From Longimicrobiales bacterium (GTDB taxonomy: Bacteria; Gemmatimonadota; Gemmatimonadetes; Longimicrobiales; Gaopeijiaceae), in contig JAWLHJ010000007.1 in NCBI GenBank assembly GCA_041690395.1, forward strand, positions 147,895 through 211,894: a stretch of 64,000 nt of DNA, written 5' to 3'. A model generated the notes under the pieces. The model was not told the origin of the DNA, searched no databases, and saw only the letters and a program-made list of their open reading frames with translations. Positions 17,507 to 28,327 of this stretch are shown one piece after another. The position numbers and the translations under genes are program-made. The stretch's first letter is position 1; each line of letters starts with the position of its first letter.

Positions 17507-19423
17507 TCAGTCCTCCACGCGCGTCCCGGCGAGCTTGAGGAAGACCCACAGCAGCACGACCCCACCTCCCAGCGCGACCCAGATCGGCAACCCGTAGGCC
17601 GTGCCGATATCCCCGAGGACGATGCCGACGACCCCGACGAGCAGCGCATAGGGCAGCTGCGTGCGGACGTGGTCGATGTGGTCGCACCCCGACGCCATCG
17701 ACGAGAGCACCGTGGTGTCGGAGATCGGTGAGCAGTGGTCTCCGAACACCGCCCCGGCGAGGACCGAGCTGATGGACCCGAGCAGGATCGAGTAGTCGGC
17801 CGACGTGCCGAAGCCGGCTTCGTACCCACCCATTGCGACGGTCAGCGGGACCACCAGCGGGAGCAGGATCGCCATGGTGCCCCACGACGTCCCGGTGGCG
17901 AACGACATCGCCGCGGCCGTCACGAAGACCACGACGGGGATGAGCTCGAGGGCGAGGCGCTCGTTCAGGAGCTGCGCGAGGTACTGCGAGGTGTTGAGCT
18001 CCTCGGTGACCATCCCGAGCGACCAGGCCAGCACGAGGATCACGATCGCGACGGTCATCGCCCTCATGCCGCTGATCATGGCGTCGACGCCTTCACCGAT
18101 GGTGAGGATGCGCTGCGCCGCCGACATCAGGACGGCGACCACGCAACCGGCCAGCGATCCCCAGAGCAGGGTCGCGAACGGATCGGCGGCGCCGAACACG
18201 GCGGAGAGCGAAGCCTCCGGCCCGGCGCTCGCACGGCCGGTCGCGTAGAGCCCGAACAGGACCACCAAGATGACCGTGAACACCGGCACGGCCGCGTTCC
18301 ACCACCGGGGCTCGACGCCCGGCTTGGCTTCCATGGCCTCCGACTCCGTGGCGGCGGCCAGCTTCGCGCCCGGACGGAAGAGCCCGCCACCGGACGCGGC
18401 CCGCTGCTCGGCCGCGGCCATGGGGCCGAAGTCGAGCCGGGAGAAGGCGGTGAGCCCGGCGAAGTAGAGGGCAAGGAGCGGGTAGAAGCGGTACGGGATC
18501 GTCTCGATGAACACCGTGAACGGGTTGGCCGCCAGCAGCGCATCAGCCATGGCCGGGTTCTGCTCAGCGGCGATCCGGAGCCCGTCGGCGATCAGGCTGA
18601 TCTCGTAGCCGACCCAGGTCGACAACGGAACGAGCGCGGCCAGCGGGGCGGCGGTCGAATCGACCAGATATGCGAGCTTCTCGCGCGAGATCTTCAGACG
18701 GTCGGTGATGGACCGCATGGTGTTGCCGACGATGAGGGTGTTGGCGTAGTCGTCGAAGAAGATGGCCATGCCGGCGAGCCAGGTGGCGATCTTGCCCCGC
18801 CGCCGGGTGCGGGCGAAGGGCGTGGCCGCCTCGACGATGCCCAGCGTCCCGCCGTTCCTCGACACGATGCCGACCATGCCGCCGAGGAGGAGCGAGAAGA
18901 CCACGATCTGCGGGTGGCCGCCGTCGAGATCACCGAGGGTGGGCACCACGAACCGGTCGATGACCCGCCAGAGCCCGGCCAGCGGATTCCATCCGGAGAT
19001 GGCCCACGCTCCGACCCACACGCCGACGAAGAGCGCCGCCACCGCCTCCCGCAGGATGAGCGCCAAGGCGATGGCGATGAGCGGCGGAATGATCGAGAAC
19101 CAGGCCGGCGTGAGGACGGGATCGACGGCGAGGGTCGCCTCGCCGATCAAGACGCTCAGGGGCAGGTCGCCCGCGTCGGACACCACGAGCCCTTCGACGG
19201 CGGTCTCGCCGGATGCAACACCCTGAGCCACCACGGCCCCGGCGTTCGTGCGCACCTGATAGGGTAGCTCGGTCTCGGAGCTCACCGTCACGGTGAAGGG
19301 GATTCCCGAGAGGACGAGGTCGGGCGCGTCCGTGACGGCCTGGGCTCCGGCGGCCGCGGGGCGCGCGACGGCCGGGACGAGGAGGATGAGCGCCAGGAGC
19401 CAGCACGTCCGGGACAGTCGCAT
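17507..19423 (-). CDS. Na+/H+ antiporter NhaC-family transporter with N-terminal extracytoplasmic domain
   Basis: IFFDDYAN, LAYLVDSTAAP, FATGTSWGT, GAVFGDHCSPISDTT, HVRTQLPYA. Confidence 0.92.
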   Translation of the reverse strand: MRLSRTCWLLALILLVPAVARPAAAGAQAVTDAPDLVLSGIPFTVTVSSETELPYQVRTNAGAVVAQGVASGETAVEGLVVSDAGDLPLSVLIGEATLAVDPVLTPAWFSIIPPLIAIALALILREAVAALFVGVWVGAWAISGWNPLAGLWRVIDRFVVPTLGDLDGGHPQIVVFSLLLGGMVGIVSRNGGTLGIVEAATPFARTRRRGKIATWLAGMAIFFDDYANTLIVGNTMRSITDRLKISREKLAYLVDSTAAPLAALVPLSTWVGYEISLIADGLRIAAEQNPAMADALLAANPFTVFIETIPYRFYPLLALYFAGLTAFSRLDFGPMAAAEQRAASGGGLFRPGAKLAAATESEAMEAKPGVEPRWWNAAVPVFTVILVVLFGLYATGRASAGPEASLSAVFGAADPFATLLWGSLAGCVVAVLMSAAQRILTIGEGVDAMISGMRAMTVAIVILVLAWSLGMVTEELNTSQYLAQLLNERLALELIPVVVFVTAAAMSFATGTSWGTMAILLPLVVPLTVAMGGYEAGFGTSADYSILLGSISSVLAGAVFGDHCSPISDTTVLSSMASGCDHIDHVRTQLPYALLVGVVGIVLGDIGTAYGLPIWVALGGGVVLLWVFLKLAGTRVED

Positions 19424-19584
19424 GGGCGGGGTCGGTCGTGGGGAAGGGTGGGTGCGCGAATCCGCGCAATCATGGGGCGGGCCGCGCGCCGTTACAACCC
19501 CGGCCCCGGTCGGCCGCGTTGACCCGCCGCCCCCGAATCCCGAACTTTCCGCCGCTTCGCACGCGCCCCCGACGGATGCTGCCG

Positions 19585-20145
19585 ATGACCGAAGAAAAGC
19601 GGACCCACCTGATGGATGAGGCCGACGTCCGGCGCGCGGTCGCGCGCATGGCCCGAGAGATCGTGGAGCGCGACGGCGGCACGGAGTCTCTCGTGCTCAT
19701 GGGCATCCACCGGCGCGGGACCGACATCGCCGACTGGATCGCGGACGAGATCGAGACGGCGGAGGGGACGCGGCCGCCTCAGGGCTCCATCGACATCAGC
19801 CTCTACCGCGACGACCTCGCCGAGATCGGGCCCCGCCCGGTGGTCGGCGGCTCGGAGCTACCACTCGAGGGGATCGAGGACCACACGGTGGTCCTCATCG
19901 ACGACGTGGCCTATACCGGGCGCACCGTGCGCGCCGCGCTGAACGAGCTGAGCGACTGGGGGCGCCCGCGCCGCGTGCTCTTCTGCGTGCTGGTCGACCG
20001 GGGCGGCCGGGAGCTTCCCATCCAGCCCGACATCGTGGGGCGGACGTTCCAGGTGCTCCCGCACCAACGGGTCGAAGTCCTGGTACCGGACATCGACGGC
20101 GCCATCGGGGTGGACCTGCTCGACTCGGAGGCCGCCGCTACGTGA
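19585..20145 (+). CDS. pyrR: Bifunctional pyr regulator / uracil phosphoribosyltransferase PyrR
   Basis: [39 protein letters not shown]; start 19576 or 19585. Confidence 0.94.
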   Translation: MTEEKRTHLMDEADVRRAVARMAREIVERDGGTESLVLMGIHRRGTDIADWIADEIETAEGTRPPQGSIDISLYRDDLAEIGPRPVVGGSELPLEGIEDHTVVLIDDVAYTGRTVRAALNELSDWGRPRRVLFCVLVDRGGRELPIQPDIVGRTFQVLPHQRVEVLVPDIDGAIGVDLLDSEAAAT

Positions 20146-21113
20146 GCGAGCCTACCGTGTCCCTCGGCAAAGACCTGATCGGCCTCGAGGACCTGTCCCG
20201 CGAAGATATCCTGGGGATCCTCGACACGGCGGAGCCGTTCAAGGAGATCTCCGAGCGGCGCATCAAGAAGGTACCGGTGCTCCGTGGGAAGACGATCGTG
20301 AACCTCTTCTTCGAGGCGTCGACCCGGACGCGCATCTCGTTCGAGTTCGCGGAGAAGCGGTTGAGCGCCGACACGGTGAACATCTCCGAGACCGGCTCGT
20401 CGGTCGTGAAGGGCGAGACGCTGGTCGACACCGCGCGGAACCTGGAAGCCATGCGCATCGACATGGTGGTCATGCGGCACGGGGCCTCGGGCGCGGCGCG
20501 CTTCCTGGCGGACCGCATCCCCTCGAACGTCGTGAACGCGGGCGACGGGCGGCACGAGCACCCGACCCAGGCGCTCCTCGACCTGCTGACGATCCGCGAC
20601 CACCGGGGACCGATCGACGGCCTCAAGGTGTGTATCGTGGGCGACATCCTGCACTCGCGGGTGGCGCGCTCGAACATCTACGGGCTCCAGAAGCTCGGGG
20701 CCCAGGTCGCGGTGTGTGGCCCGCCGACCCTCATGCCCATCGCGCCGCGCGAGCTCGGGGTCGAGGTGTTCACCCGGATCGAGGAGGCGATCGAGTGGGC
20801 GGACGTGCTGAACGTGCTCCGCCTGCAGCTCGAGCGCATGAAGGGCGGCTACGTGCCCAGCCTCCGCGAGTACAACCGGATCTGGGGTGTCTCGAGCGCC
20901 CGCCTGGAGGCGGCCGAGCGGGACATCCTGGTCCTACATCCGGGCCCGATGAACCGGGGCGTCGAGATCGATTCCGACGTCGCCGACGGGCCCCATTCCG
21001 TGATCCTCAATCAGGTCACCAACGGTGTGGCCGTGCGCATGGCCGTGCTCTATCTGCTGGCGGGTGGCCGTCCGGAGAAGGCCGAAGCCGCCAAACAGGG
21101 AGCCGACGCATGA
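20142..21113 (+). CDS. pyrB: Aspartate carbamoyltransferase catalytic subunit
   Basis: [40 protein letters not shown]. Confidence 0.97.
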   Translation: MSEPTVSLGKDLIGLEDLSREDILGILDTAEPFKEISERRIKKVPVLRGKTIVNLFFEASTRTRISFEFAEKRLSADTVNISETGSSVVKGETLVDTARNLEAMRIDMVVMRHGASGAARFLADRIPSNVVNAGDGRHEHPTQALLDLLTIRDHRGPIDGLKVCIVGDILHSRVARSNIYGLQKLGAQVAVCGPPTLMPIAPRELGVEVFTRIEEAIEWADVLNVLRLQLERMKGGYVPSLREYNRIWGVSSARLEAAERDILVLHPGPMNRGVEIDSDVADGPHSVILNQVTNGVAVRMAVLYLLAGGRPEKAEAAKQGADA

Positions 21114-22393
21114 GTGGGAAGACGTTGCTGAAGGGCGGCCGCGTGGTCGACCCGAGCCAGAAGCTCGACCGGGTCGCCGACGTGCTGCTCGAGGACGGGA
21201 AGGTCGCGGCGATCGGGGGAGACGCCGCGTCGGCCGAAGGCGCCGAGGTGGTCGACTGCGCCGGCCTCGTCGTCACGCCGGGGCTCATCGACGTGCACGT
21301 GCACCTCCGTGAGCCGGGCGAGGAGCACAAGGAAACCATCGCCACCGGCGCGGCTTCGGCCGCGGCGGGCGGCTTCACGGCCGTGTGCGCCATGCCGAAC
21401 ACCGATCCGCCCATCGACGATCCGGCGGGCGTGGGCTTCGTGATCGCCCAGGGCCGCAAGGCGGGTAAGGCGCGCGTGTATCCGGTCGGCTGCATCTCGG
21501 TCGGCCGGGCCGGGGAGCGCCTCGCGCTCGTCGGGGAGATGGTCGAGGCCGGAGCGGTCGCCATCACCGACGACGGCAGCCCCGTGATGGACTCCGGCCT
21601 CATGCGCATGGCGCTCGAGTACGCGAAGGGATTCGGGATTCCCGTCGCGGACCACCCCGAGGATGTCGGGCTGTCACGCGACGGACACATGAACGAGGGG
21701 ATCGTCTCCACGCGGCTCGGCCTCGGCGGCAAGCCGAACGCGTCCGAGGACATCCACATCGTGCGGGACCTGCTGCTCGCCGAGCTGACGGGCGGGCACA
21801 TCCACCTCCAGCACGTCTCGACGCGCTTCGGGGTGGAGTCGATCCGTCAGGCGAAGGCACGAGGCGTGCACGTCACCGCCGAGGCGACGCCGCACCACCT
21901 GGTGCTCACGCACGAAGCCGTCGAGGGGTACCGCACCGAGGCGAAGATGAACCCGCCCCTCCGGACCGAGGAGGACGTGGCCGCAGTACGAGCCGGCCTC
22001 GCGGACGGCACGCTGGACACGCTCGCCACCGACCACGCCCCGCACCACTACGACGAGAAGGAGGCGGCGTTCGCGGACGCCCCGAACGGCATCGTCGGGT
22101 TGGAGACCTCGCTGGGTATCGTGCTGACGCGCGTGGTGGGCGAGGGCGTGATCGACCTCCCGACCATGGTGGACCGGATGAGCTGTCAGCCGGCGCGGGT
22201 GTTCAAGCTGCCCGGCGGCACCCTCGCGCCCGGGAGCGTCGCCGACGTGACGGTCTTCGATCCGGAGGCCGTGTGGACCGTCGATCCGAAGGCGTTCGTC
22301 TCCAAGAGCCGGAACACGCCCTTCGCGGGCTGGGAGCTGAAGGGCCGGCCGGTGCGGACCATCGTCGGCGGAAAGACTGTCTGGTCACGCTGA
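21110..22393 (+). CDS. pyrC: Dihydroorotase
   Basis: [38 protein letters not shown] overlap with pyrB. Confidence 0.96.
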   Translation: MSGKTLLKGGRVVDPSQKLDRVADVLLEDGKVAAIGGDAASAEGAEVVDCAGLVVTPGLIDVHVHLREPGEEHKETIATGAASAAAGGFTAVCAMPNTDPPIDDPAGVGFVIAQGRKAGKARVYPVGCISVGRAGERLALVGEMVEAGAVAITDDGSPVMDSGLMRMALEYAKGFGIPVADHPEDVGLSRDGHMNEGIVSTRLGLGGKPNASEDIHIVRDLLLAELTGGHIHLQHVSTRFGVESIRQAKARGVHVTAEATPHHLVLTHEAVEGYRTEAKMNPPLRTEEDVAAVRAGLADGTLDTLATDHAPHHYDEKEAAFADAPNGIVGLETSLGIVLTRVVGEGVIDLPTMVDRMSCQPARVFKLPGGTLAPGSVADVTVFDPEAVWTVDPKAFVSKSRNTPFAGWELKGRPVRTIVGGKTVWSR

Positions 22394-22426
22394 GGAGTGG
22401 GCACACGAAAGGTGCGGGTACACGAA

Positions 22427-22462
22427 AGACCCGGGCGGCCGTGCGGCGGCCCGGGTCTCTTC
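22427..22462. terminator. Probable bidirectional intrinsic terminator between convergent pyrC and rpsT
   Basis: Inverted repeat AGACCCGGGC...GCCCGGGTCT with A-rich left and pyrimidine-rich right flank. Confidence 0.7.
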
Positions 22463-22486
22463 GTTCGCGCTTGTGGGGCTGGCTTG

Positions 22487-22744
22487 CTAGGCGCCCAGCG
22501 TGTTCACGTGACGCGCCAGCTGGCTCTTGATCCTGGCCACCCGGTTCGGATGGAAGAGCCGTCGGTTCGCGGCACGGTCGAGCAGGGCGACGGCGTCCGT
22601 GAGGTGCGTCGTGCCTTCCTCGGGGGAGCCGGCCTGACGGACCCGCTTGATCGCGGTCCGGATGCGCGCACGCTCGGCACGGTTCTTCTGCCGCGCCTGG
22701 GCGCTGAGATTCATGCGCTTCTTAGCGCTCTTGATGTTCGGCAT
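22487..22744 (-). CDS. rpsT: 30S ribosomal protein S20
   Basis: MPNIKSAKKRM..RTAIKRV..LDRAA..HPNRVARIKSQL; 85 aa from ATG 22744. Confidence 0.96.
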   Translation of the reverse strand: MPNIKSAKKRMNLSAQARQKNRAERARIRTAIKRVRQAGSPEEGTTHLTDAVALLDRAANRRLFHPNRVARIKSQLARHVNTLGA

Positions 22745-22860
22745 GGGTCGCTCGTGGAGCGGTTTTTCGACAACTTGTGAGCCACCAAAGCTAGATCCGA
22801 CCGCCCGTGCGATCAACCGTCCGTCCGCCATCACCCCACCAGAGGGACCCGCTGAACCGA

Positions 22861-23517
22861 ATGGAAGCCTTCGTTCTCGTTGCCGTTCTGCTGTTTTCCA
22901 TCGTCGTCCACGAGGTGGCGCACGCGTGGCAAGCGCGGAGGGAAGGGGACGACCTGGCCGAGCGGCTCGGGCGGATCACGCTGAACCCCCTCCCGCATCT
23001 CGACCCGGTGGGCTCGGTCATCGTGCCGCTCGTGCTGCATTTCTCCGGCGCGGGGATCCTGTTCGGTTGGGCGAAGCCCGTGCCGGTCGACCCCTCCCGC
23101 TACCGGAGCCCGGTGTGGGGCGACGTCCGGGTATCTCTGGCGGGCATCGTCTCGAACTTCGGGTTGGCGGCGCTGGCGGTGGTCGGGGCCATCGTCATTC
23201 TCAAGGCCGAGGCGCTGGTCGGAGGCTCGTTCGGCACCCCGGGCGACCTCGCGCTCCTCGCCATGGAGTACGGCATCGTCATTAACCTCTTGCTGGCGTT
23301 CTTCAACCTGATCCCGATCCCTCCGCTCGACGGCTCACACGTCGTCTTCCACATCCTCCCCGAGAGCGTGCGGTACAGGTACCAGGAGCTCGGCCGCTAC
23401 GGCCTCCTGATCATGATGGGGCTGCTCTTCCTGCTGCCCGGGGCGTTCCGGCTCCTCCTCTGGCCCGTGTTCTACTTCCAGGGGCTGGCCGACAGCTTCA
23501 TACGCCTGTGGATCTGA
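22861..23517 (+). CDS. Site-2 protease (M50) family protein
   Basis: HEVAH (HExxH), TLNPLPHLD, FNLIPIPPLDG. Confidence 0.93.
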   Translation: MEAFVLVAVLLFSIVVHEVAHAWQARREGDDLAERLGRITLNPLPHLDPVGSVIVPLVLHFSGAGILFGWAKPVPVDPSRYRSPVWGDVRVSLAGIVSNFGLAALAVVGAIVILKAEALVGGSFGTPGDLALLAMEYGIVINLLLAFFNLIPIPPLDGSHVVFHILPESVRYRYQELGRYGLLIMMGLLFLLPGAFRLLLWPVFYFQGLADSFIRLWI

Positions 23518-24335
23518 CCCTCACGCACGACGCGCCCGAGCGCGACGGCTTCTTCCTCGTGGAGATCGAGCGGTTCCAGGGACCGCTCGACCTGCTCCTG
23601 CACTTGATCCGGACGCAGGATATCGACGTCCTCGACATCCCCATCCACAAGATCACGGACCAGTTCCTCCAGGCGATCCGTGGGCTGGCGGCGAGTGATC
23701 TCGACGGCGCGGGGGAGTTTCTGGAGATGGCCGCGACCCTCGTCCGCATCAAGGCGCAGATGCTGCTGCCGCGCCCGATGGAAGACGACGACGAGGATCC
23801 GCGGGCGGAGCTCGTGCGGCGCCTGCTGGAGTACGAGCAGATCCGCGAGGTCACCGACCGGATGCGCGTGGCCGAGGCGGAGCGCGGCCGGCGGTTCCGG
23901 AAGGGGTACGTGCCGGTTCGCCGCAAGCGTCCCGCGGTCGAGGAGCCCCTGGAGACGACCTGGGACGAGGTGTACGACGCCGCGCTCGCCGTGCAGGTGC
24001 CCGAGCCCAGGGACCGGCGCCACCGCGTGACGCCGCGCACCGTCTCGATGGAGGAGAAGGCGGTGCTGATCATGGAGGCGCTGAAGACCGGGACCCGCGT
24101 CGAGTTCAAGAAGCTCGTGGGCGGCTTCCAGGAGCGCATGCACGGGGTCATGACGCTGCTGGCCGGGCTCGAGCTCACCCGACGCCGGCTCCTGCTGCTC
24201 CGTCAAACCCGGCCGTTCGCCGACCTCTGGATCTACCGACGTGAAGACACCGACTACGACAACGTGACGATCACGGGCCCGGCGGAGGACGCCGACGAGA
24301 TCGCGACGGAGACCGACGAAGGAGCCGAGGCGTGA
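23508..24335 (+). CDS. scpA: Segregation/condensation protein A
   Basis: FQGPLDLLLHLI, FLEMAATLVRIKAQMLLP, DPRAELVRRLLEY. Confidence 0.94.
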   Translation: MDLTLTHDAPERDGFFLVEIERFQGPLDLLLHLIRTQDIDVLDIPIHKITDQFLQAIRGLAASDLDGAGEFLEMAATLVRIKAQMLLPRPMEDDDEDPRAELVRRLLEYEQIREVTDRMRVAEAERGRRFRKGYVPVRRKRPAVEEPLETTWDEVYDAALAVQVPEPRDRRHRVTPRTVSMEEKAVLIMEALKTGTRVEFKKLVGGFQERMHGVMTLLAGLELTRRRLLLLRQTRPFADLWIYRREDTDYDNVTITGPAEDADEIATETDEGAEA

Positions 24336-25078
24336 ACGCCCAACAGATCGTGGAAGCCGTACTGTTCGCCTCCGACGCGCCGCTCACCGCGGACGAGATC
24401 GCCCGCGCGGACGAGACGCTCGACGAGGACAAGGTCGAGGAGGCGCTCCAGGCGCTCCGGGCCGAGTACGACGACGCCCACCGCGCCTTCGAGGTCGTCG
24501 AGGTCGCCGAGGGGTACCAGATCCTCACGCGGCCCGAGTTCGCGACGTATCTGGAGCGCTTCGACAACGTGCCACGGCCGTCGCGCCTGTCCGGCCCGGC
24601 GCTCGAGACGCTGGCGATCATCGCGTACCGTCAGCCGCTCGGGCGACTCGAGGTCGAGTACATCCGGGGGGTCGGCGCGAGCGGTGTGATCCGCACGCTC
24701 CAGGAGCGCGGCCTGATCGACGTGGTGGGGCGTGGCGAGGGGCTCGGGCGTCCGCTGTTGTACGGCACGACCCAGCAGTTCCTCGAGCACTTCGGCTTCC
24801 GCTCGCTCGAAGACCTGCCTCGGCCCGAGGAGCTGCCCATCGTGCTGCGCGACCGGATCCCGCTCGGGATCGACGACGGGGAGGATGCTGGCAGCGACGA
24901 CGCCGAGGCGACCGCCGGAGAGGTGCACAACGAGGGACCCTCGGAGGCTGCCATCGAGCGGTGGGAGGGCGAGGGAGGGGAGACCGATGGCGAGGAGTCC
25001 GCCGCCACGGAGGCCGCGGCTGAGGAGCCCGAGGAAGGAGACGACCCGGCCTCGACGGACGACGAGGACCCGCGGTGA
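24332..25078 (+). CDS. scpB: Segregation/condensation protein B
   Basis: VEAVLFAS, ALETLAIIAYRQP, GRPLLYGTT..FLEHFG..LEDLP; acidic tail. Confidence 0.95.
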   Translation: MNAQQIVEAVLFASDAPLTADEIARADETLDEDKVEEALQALRAEYDDAHRAFEVVEVAEGYQILTRPEFATYLERFDNVPRPSRLSGPALETLAIIAYRQPLGRLEVEYIRGVGASGVIRTLQERGLIDVVGRGEGLGRPLLYGTTQQFLEHFGFRSLEDLPRPEELPIVLRDRIPLGIDDGEDAGSDDAEATAGEVHNEGPSEAAIERWEGEGGETDGEESAATEAAAEEPEEGDDPASTDDEDPR

Positions 25079-25800
25079 GCGAAGAGATGCGGGTCCAGAA
25101 GTACCTCTCCCAGGCCGGCCGGGCGTCGCGCCGCGAGGCCGAACGCCTCATGCAACAGGGGCGGGTGAAGGTCAACGGCGAGATCACCCTCGAGCTCGGC
25201 ACGAAAATCGATCCCGAGCGGGACCGCGTGGAGGTCGACGGGGAGCTCGTGACGCCCGAGCCGACCCGTTGGATCCTCTTCCACAAGCCGCCAGGGGTGC
25301 TCACCACGCGGAGCGATCCGCACGGCGGGCGGACCGTCTACGACGAGCTGCCGGAGGAACTGTCCGGGCTGAGCTACGTGGGCCGGCTCGACAAGGACGC
25401 CGAGGGACTGCTCCTTCTGACCAACGACGGAGACCTGGCGAACCGGATCCAGCATCCGAGCGGCGAGGTCGAGCGCGAGTACTGGATCGAGGCGTCCGGT
25501 GTGGTCGGTCGACCGGTGGTCGAGGCGCTCACCAGGGGCGTGGAGCTCGAGGACGGCGTGGCGCGCGCGGTTCGGGCGCGGGTCCTGGACGCCGGCCCGA
25601 TCGTGTCGCACCTGATCCTCGTTCTGACCGAAGGCCGGAAGCGCGAGGTCCGGCGCATGATGAGCGAGGTCGGGCATCCCGTCCTGAAGCTGCGGCGGCT
25701 ACGCTACGGCACGGTGCGGCTCGGCGATCTCCCTCGCGGCGGCTGGCGCCCGCTGACCAAGGCCGAGGTGCAGGGGCTCAGGAAAGCCGTCCGCGGCTGA
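25075..25800 (+). CDS. rluB: S4-domain rRNA pseudouridine synthase (RsuA/RluB family)
   Basis: RVQKYLSQAG.ASRR, VGRLD, GLLLLTNDG, EGRKREVRRM; scpAB-rluB synteny. Confidence 0.85.
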   Translation: MSEEMRVQKYLSQAGRASRREAERLMQQGRVKVNGEITLELGTKIDPERDRVEVDGELVTPEPTRWILFHKPPGVLTTRSDPHGGRTVYDELPEELSGLSYVGRLDKDAEGLLLLTNDGDLANRIQHPSGEVEREYWIEASGVVGRPVVEALTRGVELEDGVARAVRARVLDAGPIVSHLILVLTEGRKREVRRMMSEVGHPVLKLRRLRYGTVRLGDLPRGGWRPLTKAEVQGLRKAVRG

Positions 25801-25840
25801 AGGCGGGTACCGCGAGGTCTCGCGGGACGGCCCCGCGGCG

Positions 25841-26386
25841 TCAGCGACCCCCGGCCCGATACTCCTCGCTGAACGACTCGATCAACCGCTCCCACTGCGG
25901 CTGTTCGGCCGGATCCCAGACGGCATCGAGCGTGGCGCGCGCCTCGGATTCCGGGACGTCCTCGACGAGCGTCCTGTAGAGGTACATGAACGCGGACGCC
26001 CGCATGTTGGCGAAGCAGTGGACGAAGATCTTCCGGTCCCGGTTCGCTTCCATGACCGCGAAGAACTTCCGTACGTCGTCGTGCTTCGGCTCCGCCCAGT
26101 CCACGGGGATGTGCACGTAGGTGAGGCCCTCCTGCGCGACGTGGAAGCCCTCCTGGCCATTCCGCTCCTCGTCGGCGATCGCCAGGTTGACCACGACCTC
26201 GTACCCACGCTCCCGGATCAGGGGCACCTGGTCGTAGGCGATCTGGCCGGCCGACGCGAGCCGGTCGTCGACGACCTGGAAGTTGCGGACGCTCTCGAGC
26301 GGGGCGGGAGCCGGCTGTGCGTGCCCGTCGGACGTCAGGGCGAGGCTCATGATCAGGGCGGGGAGGAGCGGGAGGAGTCTGGCCAT
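25841..26386 (-). CDS. Secreted protein-tyrosine-phosphatase-fold (CX5R; DUF442-like) protein
   Basis: Signal peptide MARLLPLL..GHA; ASAGQ, YVHIPVDW, HCFANMRAS. Confidence 0.8.
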   Translation of the reverse strand: MARLLPLLPALIMSLALTSDGHAQPAPAPLESVRNFQVVDDRLASAGQIAYDQVPLIRERGYEVVVNLAIADEERNGQEGFHVAQEGLTYVHIPVDWAEPKHDDVRKFFAVMEANRDRKIFVHCFANMRASAFMYLYRTLVEDVPESEARATLDAVWDPAEQPQWERLIESFSEEYRAGGR

Positions 26387-26587
26387 GGTCCGGATGGGGT
26401 CGGAGGAACAGGCCGGCCGCACGGCGACCGACCTGTTCAGGACCCCGCCACCGGCGGCCGGGTTCCTCGACGCGAACGGCCGGCCGGGGTGGCCGACGGG
26501 CGCCTCGTCGCTCATCTTGCCGCGATCAAGGCCCGCTGTCGGGCCATCACGGACGTGCCACGAGGCACCGCAGGGAGAACGACCAAG

Positions 26588-28273
26588 ATGATCCGGGTCC
26601 ACCGCACCGACATCCGCCGCGTGAGCGCCTTGCTCGCCATGACGCTCCTCACGCTCGCTGTCGTCGCATGCGGGCCCGCGGAATCACCCGCGGAGCCGTT
26701 CGATCCGGTCGAGGCCACGATCCCCGAGATGCAGCGGGCCATGGAGGAGGGCAGGGTGACGTCGCGCCAGATCGTCGAGGCGCACCTCGTCCGGCTCGCG
26801 CTCTACGAGGAGCGCGTGAACGCCACGATTTCCGTGAACGAGCACGCGCTGGCCGAGGCCGACCGCCTCGACCAGGAGCGTGCGGAAGGGCGGGTGCGCG
26901 GTCCGCTGCACGGCATCCCCATCGCGCTGAAGGACATCATCCACACGACCGACATTCCGACGACCGGGGGCACGCTGGCCTTCGAGGGCTACTATCCCCC
27001 GTACGACGCCACCGTGACCGAGAACCTGCGCGAGGCCGGGGCGGTCATCATCGCGAAGACGGTCCTGACCGAGCTGGCCAACTTCATGGCCAACGGGATG
27101 CCCGGGAACTACAGCGCGCTCGGCGGCTACGGCCTGAACCCCTACGACCCGCGGCGCGACCCGCGTGACGGGCGCAACGACGGGCGGCCGGTGATGAACA
27201 CGGGCGGCTCTAGCTCCGGCAACGGGACGGCGATGAGCTTCTGGGCGGCCAACGTCGGCACGGAGACCTCCGGCTCCATCCTGTCACCGTCGAACGCCAA
27301 CATGCTCGCTGCCGTGAAGCCGACCGTCGGCCGCATCAGCCGGTGGGGCATCATCCCCATCACCGGCGACCAGGACACGGCCGGGCCCATGGCGCGTACC
27401 GTCACCGACGCGGCGATCCTCCTCGGCGCCCTCGAGAGCGCCCAGCCCGACCCCAACGACCCGGCCACCACGGTCTGCACGCCCCCCGAAGGCGGCGACT
27501 ACCGTCCGTTCCTGAACGCGGACGGGCTTCAGGGCGCCCGTATCGGGATCCCCAGGGCCATGTACTACGACTCGGTGCAGATCCCCGGGTCCGGTGACTA
27601 CCGTGGCGGACTGTCCGCGGAGGAACGGGCCCTGATGGACGAAGCGATCGACGTGCTCCGGGCGCAGGGCGCCACGATCGTCGACCCTGCGGACATCCCG
27701 AGCGTGCTGGACCCCGACCCCGCCGCCAACCTCATGACCGCCGGCTCGAGCAGCGTGCTCTGGTACGGCATGAAGCGCGACTTCAACACCTGGTTGAGCA
27801 CCCTCGACGAGGACGCCCCGGTGCGGACGCTGACCGAGCTCCGGGAGTGGAACCTGGAGCATCGTGACGCCGGCTCCATGAAGTACGAGCAGGCGAACCT
27901 CGACCGATCCGACGCGCTCGACCTCGAGGTGGCGCGCGCGGAGTACGAGGCGGACCGGGCGCGGGACCTGCTCCTGAACGGGGAGCGCGGGATCGACGCG
28001 GCGCTCGAGGAGCATCAGCTCGACGCGCTGCTCTTCCCGGGGTCGAGCGGTGCGGGCATCGCGGCGCGCCCGGGCTATCCGACGGTGATCGTGCCGTTCG
28101 GGTTCGTGCCGAACGACGGCGGCCCGGACTTCCCGGAGGGCTTCGAGCCCCAGCCGCGTCCGATGGGCGTGAGCTTCACCGCGAGCGCGTGCAGCGAGCC
28201 CCGGCTCCTCGAGCTGGGCTACGCGTTCGAGCAGGCCACGCGGCGGCGGGTGCCGCCTCCGGGGATGCCCTGA
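26588..28273 (+). CDS. Amidase-signature family protein, probable lipoprotein
   Basis: GPLHGIPIALKD, GGSSSG, GTETSGSI; lipobox VVAC. Confidence 0.92.
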   Translation: MIRVHRTDIRRVSALLAMTLLTLAVVACGPAESPAEPFDPVEATIPEMQRAMEEGRVTSRQIVEAHLVRLALYEERVNATISVNEHALAEADRLDQERAEGRVRGPLHGIPIALKDIIHTTDIPTTGGTLAFEGYYPPYDATVTENLREAGAVIIAKTVLTELANFMANGMPGNYSALGGYGLNPYDPRRDPRDGRNDGRPVMNTGGSSSGNGTAMSFWAANVGTETSGSILSPSNANMLAAVKPTVGRISRWGIIPITGDQDTAGPMARTVTDAAILLGALESAQPDPNDPATTVCTPPEGGDYRPFLNADGLQGARIGIPRAMYYDSVQIPGSGDYRGGLSAEERALMDEAIDVLRAQGATIVDPADIPSVLDPDPAANLMTAGSSSVLWYGMKRDFNTWLSTLDEDAPVRTLTELREWNLEHRDAGSMKYEQANLDRSDALDLEVARAEYEADRARDLLLNGERGIDAALEEHQLDALLFPGSSGAGIAARPGYPTVIVPFGFVPNDGGPDFPEGFEPQPRPMGVSFTASACSEPRLLELGYAFEQATRRRVPPPGMP

Positions 28274-28327
28274 GCGCACGGACCGTCCGTCAGGCCGGGC
28301 CCGTCTCCATGGCGGGCTCGGCCGCGG

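Noticed and set aside
26588..28273. GatA call for the amidase
   Set aside because: It has a lipoprotein-like signal, GTETSGS rather than GSDTGGS, and no adjacent gatC/gatB
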